From the NCBI RefSeq assembly GCF_035084215.1, contig NW_027139573.1, positions 62,001 through 126,000 on the forward strand: 64,000 bases of DNA, given 5' to 3'. The stretch's first letter is position 1, and each line of letters begins with the position of its first letter. The notes under the pieces were generated by a model, which saw only the letters and a program-made list of their open reading frames with translations, had not been told where the DNA came from and made no database searches. The stretch comes from Heptranchias perlo. Its lineage: Eukaryota. The translations under genes and the position numbers were made by a program. Shown one piece after another: positions 11,011 to 25,800 of the stretch.

Positions 11011-12965
11011 AGGCGTACCGAAAAATGAGGTGCCAACCTGGTGAAGCGACAACTCAGGACTACATGCGTGTTAAACAGCAGAAGCAACATGCTATAGACA
11101 GAGCTAAGCGATTCCACAACCAACGGATCAGATCAAAATTCTGCAGTCCTGCCACATCCAGTCATGAATGGTGGTGGACAATTAAACAACTAACGGGAGG
11201 AGGAGGCTCTGCAAACATCCCCATCCTCAATGATGGCGGAGTCCAGCACGTGAGTGCAAAAGGCAAGTCTGAAGAGTTTCAGCCAGAAGTGCTGAGTGGA
11301 TGATCCATCTCGGCCTCCTCCTGATATCCCCACCATCACAGAAGCCAGTCTTCAGCCAATTCGATTCACTCCACGTGATATCAAGAAACGGCTGAGTGCA
11401 CTGGATACAGCAAAGGCTGTTGGCCCCGACAACATCCCAGCTGTAGTGCTGAACTCTTGTGCTCCAGAACTAGCCGTGCCTCGAGCCAAACTGTTCCAGT
11501 ACAGCTACAACACTGGCATCTACCCGACAATGTGGAAAATTGCCCAGGTATGTCCTGTCCACAAAAAGCAGAACAAATCCAATCCGGCCAATTACCGCCC
11601 CATCAGTCTACTCTCAATCATCAGCAAAGTGATGGAAGGTGTCATCGACAGTGCTATCAAGCAGCACGTATTCATCAATAACCTGCTCACCGATGCTCAG
11701 TTTGGGTTCCGCCAGGACCACTCAGCTCCAGACCTCATTACAGCCTTCGTCCAAACATGGACAAAAGAGCTGAATTCCAGAGGTGAGGTGAGAGTGACTG
11801 ACCTTGACATCAAGGCAGCATTTGACCGAGTGTGGCACCAAGGAGCCCAAGTAAAATTGAAGTCAATGGGAATCAGGGGGAAAACTCTCCAGTGGCTGGT
11901 ATCATACCTAGCACAAAGGAAGATGGTAGTGGTTGTTGGAGGACAATCATCTCAGCCCCAGGACATTGCTGCAGGAGTCCCTCAGGGCAGTGTCCTAGGC
12001 CCAACCATCTTCAGCTGCTTCATCAATGACCTTCCCTCCATCATAAGGTCAGAAATGGGGATGTTCACTGATGATTGCACAGTGTTCAGTTCCATTCGCA
12101 ACCCGTCAGATAATGAAGCAGTCCGAGCCCGCATGCAGCAAGACCTGGACAACATCCAGCCTTGAGCTCATAAGTGGCAACTAACATTTGTGCCAGACAA
12201 GTGCCAGGCAATGACCATCTCCAACAAGAGAGAATCTAACCACCTCCACTTGACATTCAACGGCATTACCATCGCCGAATCCCCCACCATCAACATCCTG
12301 GGGGTCACCATTGACCAGAAACTTAACTGGATCAGCCATATAAATACTGTGGCTGCAAGACCAGGTCAGAGGCTGGGTATTCTGCGGTGACTGACTCATC
12401 TCCTGACTCCCCAAAGCCTTTCCACCATCTACAAAGCACAAGTCAGGAGTGTGATGGAATACTCTCCACTTGCCTGGATGAGTGCAGCTCCAACAACACT
12501 CAAGAAGCTCAACACCATCCAGGACAAAGCAGCCCGCTTAATTTGCACCCCATCCACCACCCTAAACATTCACTCCCTTCACCACCAGCGCACAGTGGCT
12601 GCAGTGTGTCCCATCCACAGGATGCACTGCAGCAACTCTCCAAGGCTTCTTCGACAGCACCTCCCAAACCCGCAACCTCTACCACCTGGAAGGACAAGGG
12701 CAGCAGGTACATGGGAACAACACCACCTGCACGTTCCCCTCCAAGTCACACACCATCCTGACTTGGAAATATATCGCCGTTCCTTCATCGTCGCTGGGTC
12801 AAAATCCTGGAACTCCCTTCCTAACAGCACTGTGGGAGAACCGTCACCACACGGACTGCAGCGGTTCAAGAAGGCGGCTCATCACCACCTTCTCAAGAGC
12901 AATTAGGGATGGGCAATAAATGCCGGCCTCGCCAGCGACGCCCACATCCCATGAATGAATTTTTT
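11010..12965 (+). mobile_element. 5'-truncated non-LTR retrotransposon (CR1/L2 group, a different family from the other CR1s here), RT to 3' end
   Basis: KAVGPDNIP, NYRPISLLS, QFGFR, LDIKAAFDRVWH, GVPQGSVLGP, FTDD, WNSLP; AATAAA and an (atga) tail; only a few stops/frameshifts. Confidence 0.92.
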
Positions 12966-13446
12966 AAAATAATCCTGCCCGCTTTACGATCCTGTCAATT
13001 TACGATCCTGCCCCAGACCAATTTCGACCCCTGAGTTTCTACAATAAAACAAACATGTCTGTTTGTATAATTAGCTTCATCTTCTCCCTCCCTTTGATAA
13101 TGTGCTAACTCATATTGCAGTTCAGCTGTGGGCAGCCCTCCAGCACTTTGATGCAGGTGGCCAGTTTTTGTATGAGAGAATCAGTCGGCTATTCGACTGT
13201 AGAAGATATCACAGCTGATCCTCCTCCTGTAAACAGCTTCTCTACAGTCCAGGGCACTGAGCCCGATTGTTGCCTTGGGAGTGAAGAGCTGAGTGAGCAG
13301 AAAGCCGAGCCCACCAGGTCAGCATGGCGATGTCTTTATCCATGGCCTTCGGGGGAGGTGTGATTTTCGCTTCAATGCAAAAGGCAGATTATGTGCAGTA
13401 AACGTGTTTACTAATCGTTATGTGTTGTGTTTCTAATTGTACGCAG

Positions 13447-13468
13447 GAGTTAAAGGACTGAAGCGGAG
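13447..13468 (+). pseudogene. TRIM paralogue micro-exon, 22 nt (1 nt short)
   Basis: acgcag|GAGTTAAAGGACTGAAGCGGAG|gtgagg, positional equivalent of 2537-2559; phase-0 reading hits TGA. Confidence 0.68.
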
Positions 13469-13580
13469 GTGAGGGTGAATTTTAAACCTTGTCTTCCACA
13501 TTCTCACACTGTTTATTTATTTTTACAACCCCCCACGGCTTAATATTTCAAACAAACCTGTTAATGAACCATTTCCTCAG

Positions 13581-13700
13581 GTTCCAGGAAAAGAGAGGAA
13601 ATGACAGACTGTGTGGTGAGCAGTGATCTGGACTTGGGAGTGTTCAGGGAACCCCTGCAATACACAGTCTGGCAAGAAATGCGACAAATGCTCTCTCCAG
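13581..13700 (+). pseudogene. TRIM paralogue linker exon
   Basis: atttcctcag acceptor; encodes VVSSDLDLGVFREPLQYTVWQEMRQMLSP, homologous to FRGPLLYAVWKEMKQIISP; donor CCAG|gtaaac. Confidence 0.85.
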
Positions 13701-16700
13701 GTAAACACCAATAGATATACCGCAATACACTCTCCCGGTAAACACCAATAGATATACCGCAATACACTCTCCCGGTAAACACCAATAGATATACCGCAAT
13801 ACACTCTCCCGGTAAACACCGATAGATATACCGCAATACACTCTCCCGGTAAACACCGATAGATATACCGCAATACACTCTCCCGGTAAACACCGATAGA
13901 TATACCGCAATACACTCTCCCGGTAAACACCGATAGATATACCGCAATACACTCTCCCGGTAAACACCAATAGATATACCGCAATACACTCTCCCGGTAA
14001 ACACCGATAGATAAACCGCAATACACTCTCCCGGTAAACACCGATAGATATACCGCAATACACTCTCCCGGTAAACACCGATAGATATACCGCAATGCAC
14101 TCTCCCGGTAAACACCGATAGATATACCGCAATGCACTCTCCCGGTAAACACCAATAGATATACCGCAATACACTCTCCCGGTAAACACCGATAGATATA
14201 CCGCAATACACTCTCCCGGTAAACACAGATAGATATACCCCAATACACTCTCCCGGTAAACACCGATAGATATACCGCAATACAGTCTCCCGGTAAACAC
14301 CGATAGATATACCGCAATACACTCTCCCGGTAAACACAGATAGATATACCGCAATACACTCTCCCGGTAAACACCGATAGATATACCGCAATACACTCTC
14401 CCGGTAAACACAGATAGATATACCGCAATACATTCTCCCGGTAAACACCGATAGATAGACCGCAATACACTCTCCCGGTAAACACCGATAGATATACCGC
14501 AATACACTCTCCCGGTAAACACCGATCGATATACCGCAATACACTCTCCCGGTAAACACCGATAGATATACCGCAATACACTCTCCCAGTAAACACCGAT
14601 AGATATACCGCAATACACCCTCCCGGTAAACACCAATAGATATACCGCAATACACTCTCCCGGTAAACACCAATAGATATACCGCAATACACTCTCCCGG
14701 TAAACACCGATAAATATACCGCAATACACTCTCCCGGTAAACACCGATAGATATACCGCAATACACTCTCCCGGTAAACACCGATAGATATACCGCAATA
14801 CACTCTCCCGGTAAACACCGATAGATATACCGCAATACACTCTCCCGGTAAACACCGATAGATATACCGCAATACACTCTCCTGGTAAACACCAATAGAT
14901 ATACCGCAATACACTCTCCCGGTAAACACCAATAGATATACCGCAATACACTCTCCCGGTAAACACCGATAAATATACCGCAATACACTCTCCCGGTAAA
15001 CACCGATAAATATACCGCAATACACTCTCCCGGTAAACACCGATAGATATACCGCAATACACTCTCCCGGTAAACACCGATAGATATATCGCAATACACT
15101 CTCCCGGTAAACACCAATAGATATATCGCAATACACTCTCCCGGTAAACACCAATAGATATACCGCAATACACTCTCCCGGTAAACACCGATAGATATAC
15201 CGCAATACACTCTCCCGGTAAACACCGATAGATATATCGCAATACACTCTCCCGGTAAACACCAATAGATATATCGCAATACACTCTCCCGGTAAACACC
15301 AATAGATATACCGCAATACACTCTCCCGGTAAACACCAACAGATATACCGCAATACACTCTCCCGGTAAACACCGATAGATATATCGCAATACACTCTCC
15401 CGGTAAGCACCAATAGATATACCGCAATACACTCTCCCGGTAAACACCAATAGATATATCGCAATACACTCTCCCGGTAAACACAGATGGATATACCGCA
15501 ATACACTCTCCCGGTAAACACCGATAGATATACCGCAATACACTCTCCCGGTAAACACCGATAGATATACCGCAATACACTCTCCCGGTAAACACCGATA
15601 GATATACCGCAATGCACTCTCCCGGTAAACACCGATAGATATACCGCAATGCACTCTCCCGGTAAACACCAATAGATATACCGCAATACACTCTCCCGGT
15701 AAACACCGATAGATATACCGCAATACACTCTCCCGGTAAACACAGATAGATATACCCCAATACACTCTCCCGGTAAACACCGATAGATATACCGCAATAC
15801 AGTCTCCCGGTAAACACCGATAGATATACCGCAATACACTCTCCCGGTAAACACAGATAGATATACCGCAATACACTCTCCCGGTAAACACCGATAGATA
15901 TACCGCAATACACTCTCCCGGTAAACACAGATAGATATACCGCAATACATTCTCCCGGTAAACACCGATAGATAGACCGCAATACACTCTCCCGGTAAAC
16001 ACCGATAGATATACCGCAATACACTCTCCCGGTAAACACCGATCGATATACCGCAATACACTCTCCCGGTAAACACCGATAGATATACCGCAATACACTC
16101 TCCCAGTAAACACCGATAGATATACCGCAATACACCCTCCCGGTAAACACCAATAGATATACCGCAATACACTCTCCCGGTAAACACCAATAGATATACC
16201 GCAATACACTCTCCCGGTAAACACCGATAAATATACCGCAATACACTCTCCCGGTAAACACCGATAGATATACCGCAATACACTCTCCCGGTAAACACCG
16301 ATAGATATACCGCAATACACTCTCCCGGTAAACACCGATAGATATACCGCAATACACTCTCCCGGTAAACACCGATAGATATACCGCAATACACTCTCCT
16401 GGTAAACACCAATAGATATACCGCAATACACTCTCCCGGTAAACACCAATAGATATACCGCAATACACTCTCCCGGTAAACACCGATAAATATACCGCAA
16501 TACACTCTCCCGGTAAACACCGATAAATATACCGCAATACACTCTCCCGGTAAACACCGATAGATATACCGCAATACACTCTCCCGGTAAACACCGATAG
16601 ATATATCGCAATACACTCTCCCGGTAAACACCAATAGATATATCGCAATACACTCTCCCGGTAAACACCAATAGATATACCGCAATACACTCTCCCGGTA

Positions 16701-19700
16701 AACACCGATAGATATACCGCAATACACTCTCCCGGTAAACACCGATAGATATATCGCAATACACTCTCCCGGTAAACACCAATAGATATATCGCAATACA
16801 CTCTCCCGGTAAACACCAATAGATATACCGCAATACACTCTCCCGGTAAACACCAACAGATATACCGCAATACACTCTCCCGGTAAACACCGATAGATAT
16901 ATCGCAATACACTCTCCCGGTAAGCACCAATAGATATACCGCAATACACTCTCCCGGTAAACACCAATAGATATATCGCAATACACTCTCCCGGTAAACA
17001 CAGATGGATATACCGCAATACACTCTCCCGGTAAACACCGATAGATATACCGCAATACACTCTCCCGGTAAGCAAAGATAGATATACCGCAATACACTCT
17101 CCCGGTAAACACCAACAGATATACCGCAATACACTCTCCCGGTAAACACCGATAGATATACCGCAATACACTCTCCCGGTAAACACCGATAGATATACCG
17201 CAATACACTCTCCCGGTAAACACCAACAGATATACCGCAATGCACTCTCCCGGTAAACACCAATAGATATACCGCAATACACTCTCCCGGTAAACACCAA
17301 CAGATATACCGCAATACACTCTCCCGGTAAACACCGATAGATATACCGCAATACACTCTCCCGGTAAACACCAACAGATATACCGCAATGCACTCTCCCG
17401 GGAAACACCAATAGATATACCGCAATACACTCTCCCGGTAAACACCAACAGATATACCGCAATGCACTCTCCCGGTAAACACCGATAGATATACCGCAAT
17501 ACACTCTCCCGGTAAACACCGATAGATATATCGCAATACACTCTCCCGGTAAACACCAATAGATATATCGCAATACACTCTCCCGGTAAACACCAATAGA
17601 TATACCGCAATACACTCTCCCGGTAAACACCAACAGATATACCGCAATACACTCTCCCGGTAAACACCGATAGATATATCGCAATACACTCTCCCGGTAA
17701 GCACCAATAGATATACCGCAATACACTCTCCCGGTAAACACCGATAGATATACCGCAATACACTCTCCCGGTAAACACAGATAGATATACCCCAATACAC
17801 TCTCCCGGTAAACACCGATAGATATACCGCAATACAGTCTCCCGGTAAACAACGATAGATATACCGCAATACACTCTCCCGGTAAACACAGATAGATATA
17901 CCGCAATACACTCTCCCGGTAAACACCGATAGATATACCGCAATACACTCTCCCGGTAAACACCGATAGATATACCGCAATACACTCTCCCGGTAAACAC
18001 CGGTCGATATACCGCAATACACTCTCCCGGTAAACACCGATAGATATACCGCAATACACTCTCCCAGTAAACACCGATAGATATACCGCAATACACCCTC
18101 CTGGTAAACACCAATAGATATACCGCAATACACTCTCCCGGTAAACACCAATAGATATACCGCAATACACTCTCCCGGTAAACACCGATAAATATACCGC
18201 AATACACTCTCCCGGTAAACACCGATAGATATACCGCAATACACTCTCCCGGTAAACACCGATAGATATACCGCAATACACTCTCCCGGTAAACACCGAT
18301 AGATATACCGCAATACACTCTCCCGGTAAACACCGATAGATATACCGCAATACACTCTCCCGGTAAACACCGATAAATATACCGCAATACACTCTCCCGG
18401 TAAACACCGATAGATATACCGCAATACACCCTCCTGGTAAACACCAATAGATATACCGCAATACACTCTCCCGGTAAACACCAATAGATATACCGCAATA
18501 CACTCTCCCGGTAAACACCGATAAATATACCGCAATACACTCTCCCGGTAAACACCGATAAATATACCGCAATACACTCTCCCGGTAAACACCGATAGAT
18601 ATACCGCAATACACTCTCCCGGTAAACACCGATAGATATATCGCAATACACTCTCCCGGTAAACACCAATAGATATATCGCAATACACTCTCCCGGTAAA
18701 CACCGATAGATATACCGCAATACACTCTCCCGGTAAACACCGATAGATATATCGCAATACACTCTCCCGGTAAACACCAATAGATATATCGCAATACACT
18801 CTCCCGGTAAACACCAATAGATATACCGCAATACACTCTCCCGGTAAACACCAACAGATATACCGCAATACACTCTCCCGGTAAACACCGATAGATATAT
18901 CGCAATACACTCTCCCGGTAAGCACCAATAGATATACCGCAATACACTCTCCCGGTAAACACCAATAGATATACCGCAATACACTCTCCCGGTAAACACC
19001 GATAGATATACCGCAATACACTCTCCCGGTAAACACTGATAGATATATCGCAATACACTCTCCCGGTAAACACCAACAGATATATCGCAATACACTCTCC
19101 CGGTAAACACCAATAGATATACCGCAATACACTCTCCCGGTAAACACCAACAGATATACCGCAATACACTCTCCCGGTAAACACCGATAGATATACCGCA
19201 ATACACTCTCCCGGTAAACACCAACAGATATACCGCAATGCACTCTCCCGGTAAACACCAACAGATATACCGCAATGCACTCTCCCGGTAAATACCGATA
19301 GATATACCGCAATACACTCTCCCGGTAAACACCAATAGATTTACAGCAATTTGCTCTCCCGGTAAACACCAATAGATATACCGCAATACACTCTCCCGGT
19401 AAACACCAATAGATATACCGCAATACACTCTCCCGGTAAACACCAACAGATATACCGCAATGCACTCTCCCGGGAAACACCAATAGATATACCGCAATAC
19501 ACTCTCCCGGTAAACACCAACAGATATACCGCAATGCACTCTCCCGGTAAACACCGATAGATATACCGCAATACACTCTCCCGGTAAACACCAATAGACA
19601 TACCGCAATACACTCTCCTGGTACGCACCAAGAGATATGCCGCAATACACCCTCCCGGTAAACACCAATAGATATACCGCAATACACTCTCCTAGTTAGC

Positions 19701-19716
19701 ACCGATAGATATACCA
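13692..19716. repeat. 37-bp tandem array A, ~160 copies
   Basis: Unit ggtaaacaccgatagatataccgcaatacactctccc, no spacers. Confidence 0.97.
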
Positions 19717-19895
19717 TAAACCTCTCCCCTGGTCAACACTGGTAGATTTACCATAAACCTCTCCCCTGGTAAACACTGGTAGATTTACTAAAAACATCTC
19801 CCCTGGTAAACACCAGTAGATTTACCATAAACCTCTCCCGTGGTGAACACTGGTAGATTTACCATAAACCTCTCCACTGGTGAACACTGATAGAT
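19717..19895. repeat. Transitional repeat variants between arrays A and B
   Basis: Unit ggtaaacactggtagatttaccataaacctctcccct, ~5 copies. Confidence 0.85.
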
Positions 19896-22800
19896 TTGCC
19901 CTAATCCCCTCTCTCGGTAAACACCGATAGATTTGCCCTTATCCCCTCTCTCGGTAAACACCGATAGATTTACCCTAATCCCTTCTCTCCTGGTAAACAC
20001 CGATAGATTTACCCTAATCCCCTCTCTCGGTAAACACCGATAGATTTACCAGAATCCCCTCTCTCGGTAAACACTGATAGATTTACCCTAATCCCCTCTC
20101 TCGGTAAACACTGATAGTTTTACCCTAATCCCCTCTCTCGGTAAACACTGATAGATTTACCCTAATCCCCTCTCTCGGTAAACTCTGATAGTTTTACCCT
20201 AATCCCCTCTCTCGGTAAACACTGATAGATTTACCCTGATCCCCTCTCTCGGTGAACACCGGTAGATTTACCCCAATCCCCTCTCTCGGTAAACACTGAT
20301 AGATTTACCCCATTCCCCTCTCTCAGTAAACATTGATAGATTTACCCTAATCCCCTCTCTCGGTAAACACCGATAGATTGACCAAAATCCCCTCTCTCCT
20401 GGTAAACACCGATAGATTTACCCCAATCCCCTCTCTCCTGGTAAACACCGATAGATTTACCCTAATCCCCTCTCTCGGTAAACACCGATAGATTTACCCG
20501 ATTCGCCTCTCTCGGTAAACACCGATAGATTTACCCTAATCCCCTCTCTCGGTAAGCACCGGTAGATTTACCCCAATCCCCTCTCTCGGTAAACACCGAT
20601 AGATTTACCCCAATCCCCTCTCTCGGTAAACATTGATAGATTTACCCTAATCCCCTCTCTCGGTAAACACCGATAGATTGACCCTAATCCCCTCTCTCGG
20701 TAAACACCGATAGATTTACCCTAATCCCCTCTCTCCTGTTAAACACCGATAGATTTACCCCAATCCCCTCTCTCGGTAAACATTGATGGATTTACCCTAA
20801 TCCCCTCTCTCGGTAAACACCGATAGATTGACCCTAATCCCCTCTCTCGGTAAACACCGATAGATTTACCCTAATCCCCTCTCTCCTGTTAAACACCGAT
20901 AGATTGACCCTAATCCCCTCTATCGGTAAACACCGATAGATTTACCCTAATCCCCTCTCTCCTGGTGAACACCGATAGATTTACCCTAATCCCCTCTCTC
21001 GGTGAACACCGATAGATTTACCCTAATCCCCTCTCTCGGTAAACACCGATAGATTTACCGTAATCCCCTCTCTCGGTAAACACCGACAGATTTACCCTAA
21101 TCCCCTCTCTCGGTGAACACCGATAGATTTACCCTAATCCCCTCTCTCGGTAAACACCGATAGATTTACCCTAATCCCCTCTCCTGGTAAACACCGATAG
21201 ATTTACCCTAATCCCCTCTCTCGGTAAACATCGATAGATTTACCCTAATCCCCTCTCCTGGTAAACACCGATAGATTTACCCTAATCCCCTCTCTCGGTA
21301 AACACCGATAGATTTACCCTAATCCCCTCTCTCGGTAAACACTGATAGATTTACCCTAATCCCCTCTCTCGGTAAACACCGATAGATTTACCCTAATCCC
21401 CTCTCTCGGTAAACACCGATAGATTTACCCTAATCCCCTCTCTCCTGGTAAACACCGATAGATTTACCCCAATCCTCTCTCTCGGTAAACACCGATAGAT
21501 TTACCCTAATCCCCTTTCTCCTGGTAAACACCGATAGATTTACCCTAATCCCCTCTCTCGGTAAACACCAATAGATTTACCCTAATCCCCTCTCTCGGTA
21601 AACACCAATAGATTTACCCTAATCCCCTCTCTCGGTAAACACCGATAGATTCTAATCCCCTCTCTCGGTAAACACTGATAGATTTACCCCAATCCCCTCT
21701 CTCGGTAAACACCGATAGATTTACCCTAATCCCCTCTCTCCTGGTAAACACCGATAGATTTACCCTAATCCCCTCTCTCCTGGTAAACACTGATAGATTT
21801 ACCCTAATCCCCTCTCTCGGTGAACACCGATAGATTTACCCTAATCCCCTCTCTCGGTGAACACCGATAGATTGACCCTAATCCCCTCTCTCGGTAAACA
21901 CCAATAGATTTACCCTAATCCCCTCTCTCCTGTTAAACACCGATAGATTGACCCTAATCCCCTCTATCGGTAAACACCGATAGATTTACCCCAATCCCCT
22001 CTCTCGGTAAACACTGATAGATTTACCCTAATCCCCTCTCTCCTGGTAAACACCGATAGATTTACCCTAATCCCCTCTCTCCTGGTGAACACCGATAGAT
22101 TTACCCTAATCCCCTCTCTCGGTGAACACCGATAGATTTACCCTAATCCCCTCTCTCGGTAAACACCGATAGATTTACCGTAATCCCCTCTCTCGGTAGA
22201 CACCGACAGATTTACCCGAATCCCCTCTCTCGGTGAACACCGATAGATTTACCCTAATCCCCTCTCTCGGTAAACACCGATAGATTTACCCTAATCCCCT
22301 CTCTCGGTAAACACCGATAGATTTACACTAATCCCCTCTCTCCTGGTGAACACCGATAGATTTACCCTAATCCCCTCTCTCGGTGAACACCGATAGATTT
22401 ACCCTAATCCCCTCTCTCGGTGAACACCGATAGATTTACCCTAATCCCCTCTCTCAGTAAACACCGATTGATTTACCCTAATCCCCTCTCTCCTGGTGAA
22501 CACCGATAGATTTACCCCAATCCCCTCTCTCCTGGTGAACACCGATAGATTTACCCTAATCCCCTCTCCTGGTAAACACCGATAGATTTACCCTAATCCA
22601 CCCTCTCGGTGAACACCATTAGATTTACCCTAATCCCCTCTCTCGGTAAACACCAATAGATTTACCCTAATCCCCTCTCTCGCTGAACACCGATAGATTT
22701 ACCCTAATCCCCTCTCTCAGTAAACACCGATAGATTTACCCTAATCCCCTCTCTCGGTGAACACCGATAGATTGACCCTAATCCCCTCTCTCGGTGAACA

Positions 22801-25800
22801 CCGATAGATTTACCCTAATCCCCTCTCTCGGTGAACACCGATAGATTGACCCTAATCCCCTCTCTCGGTGAACACCGATAGATTTACCCTAATCCCCTCT
22901 CTCGGTGAACACCGATAGAGTTACCCTAATCCCCTCTCTCGGTGAACACCGATAGATTTACCCTAATCCCCTCTCTCGGTAAACACCGATAAATTTAACC
23001 TAATCCCCTCTCTCGGTGAACACCGATAGATTTACCCTAATCCCCTCTCTCAGTGAACACCGATAGATTTACCCCAATCCCCTCTCTCGGTGAACAGCGA
23101 TAGATTTACCCTAATCCCCTCTCTCGGTAAACACTGATAGTTTTACCCTAATCCCCTCTCTCGGTAAACACTGATAGATTTACCCTGATCCCCTCTCTCG
23201 GTAAACACCGATAGATTTACCCCAATCCCCTCTCTCGGTGAACACCGATAGATTTACCCCAATCCCCTCTCTCGGTAAACACCGATAGATTTACCCTAAT
23301 CCCCTCTCTCGGTGAACACCGATAGATTTACCCTAATCCCCTCTCTCAGTAAACACCGATAGATTTACCCTAATCCCCTCTCTCGGTAAACACCGATAGA
23401 TTTACCCTAATCCCCTCTCTCGGTGAACACTGATAGATTTACCCTAATCCCCTCTCTCGGTAAACACCGATAGATTTACCCTAATCCCTTCTCTCCTGGT
23501 AAACACCGATAGATTTACCCTAATCCCCTCTCTCGGTAAACACCGATAGATTTACCAGAATCCCCTCTCTCGGTAAACACCGATAGATTTACCCCAATCC
23601 CCTCTCTCGGTAAACACTGATAGATTTACCCTAATCCCCTCTCTCGGTAAACACTGATAGTTTTACCCTAATCCCCTCTCTCGGTGAACACCGATAGATT
23701 TACCCTAATCCCCTCTCTCGGTGAACACCGATAGAGTTACCCTAATCCCCTCTCTCGGTGAACACCGATAGATTTACCCTAATCCCCTCTCTCGGTAAAC
23801 ACCGATAAATTTAACCTAATCCCCTCTCTCGGTGAACACCGATAGATTTACCCTAATCCCCTCTCTCAGTGAACACCGACAGATTTACCCCAATCCCCTC
23901 TCTCGGTGAACAGCGATAGATTTACCCTAATCCCCTCTCTCGGTAAACACTGATAGTTTTACCCTAATCCCCTCTCTCGGTAAACACTGATAGATTTACC
24001 CTAATCCCCTCTCTCGGTGAACACCGGTAGATTTACCCCAATCCCCTCTCTCGGTAAACACTGATAGATTTACCCCATTCCCCTCTCTCGGTAAACATTG
24101 ATAGATTTACCCTAATCCCCTCTCTCGGTAAACACCGATAGATTGACCCAAATCCCCTCTCTCCTGGTAAACACCGATAGATTTACCCCAATCCCCTCTC
24201 TCGGTAAACACCGATAGATTTACCCCAAACCCCTCTCTCGGTAAACACCGATAGATTTACCCGAATCCCCTCTCTCCTGGTGAACACCGATAGATTTACC
24301 CTCATCCCCTCTCTCGGTGAACACCAATAGATTTACCCTAATCCCCTCTCTCGGTAAACACCGATAGATTTACCCCAAACACCTCTCTCGGTAAACACCG
24401 ATAGATTTACCCTAATCCCCTCTCTCCTGGTGAACACTGATAGATTTACCCTAATCCCCTCTCTCGGTGAACACCGATAGATTTACCCGAATCCCCTCTC
24501 TCGGTAAACACCGATAGATTTACCCTAATCCCCTCTCTCCTGGTAAACAACGATAGATTTACCCCAATCCCCTCTCTCGGTAAACACCGATAGATTTACC
24601 CCAATCCCCTCTCTCGGTAAACACCGATAGATTTACCCTAATCCCCTCTCTCCTGGTGAACTCCGATAGATTTACCCTAATCCCCTCTCTCGGTGAACAC
24701 CGATAGATTTACCGTAATCCCCGCTCTCGGTAAACACCGACAGATTTACCCTAATCCCCTCTCTCGGTGAACACCGATAGATTTACCCTAATCCCCTCTC
24801 TCCTGGTAAACACCGATAGATTTACCCTAATCCCCTCTCTCGGTAAACACCGATAGATTTACCCTAATCCCCTCTCCTGGTAAACACCGATAGATTTACC
24901 CTAATCCCCTCTCTCGGTAAACATCGATAGATTTACCCTAATCCCCTCTCCAGGTAAACACCGATAGATTTACCCTAATCCCCTCTCTCGGTAAACACCG
25001 ATAGATTTACCCTAATCCCCTCTCTCGGTAAACACCGATAGATTTACCCTAATCCCCTCTCTCGGTAAACACCGATAGATTTACCCTGATCCCCTCTCTC
25101 GGTAAACACCGATAGATTTACCCCGATCCCCTCTCTCGGTGAACACCGATAGATTTACCCCAATCCCCTCTCTCGGTAAACACCGATAGATTTACCCTAA
25201 TCCCCTCTCTCGGTGAACACCGATAGATTTACCCTAATCCCCTCTCTCAGTAAACACCGATAGATTTACCCTAATCCCCTCTCTCGGTAAACACCGATAG
25301 ATTTACCCTAATCCCCTCTCTCGGTGAACACTGATAGATTTACCCTAATCCCCTCTCTCGGTAAACACCGATAGATTTACCCTAATCCCTTCTCTCCTGG
25401 TAAACACCGATAGATTTACCCTAATCCCCTCTCTCGGTAAACACCGATAGATTTACCAGAATCCCCTCTCTCGGTAAACACCGATAGATTTACCCCAATC
25501 CCCTCTCTCGGTAAACACTGATAGATTTACCCTAATCCCCTCTCTCGGTAAACACTGATAGTTTTACCCTAATCCCCTCTCTCGGTAAACACTGATAGAT
25601 TCACCCTAATCCCCTCTCTCGGTAAACACTGATAGTTTTACCCTAATCCCCTCTCTCGGTAAACACTGATAGATTTACCCTAATCTCCTCTCTCGGTGAA
25701 CACCGGTAGATTTACCCCAATCCCCTCTCTTGGTAAACACTGATAGATTTACCCCATTCCCCTCTCTCGGTAAACATTGATAGATTTACCCTAATCCCCT

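Noticed and set aside
13561-19717. Three ~1900-2050-aa ORFs on the minus strand
   Set aside because: A 37-bp unit with no stop in any minus frame opens all three frames with the same 37-aa period; this is a satellite artefact with no domain content
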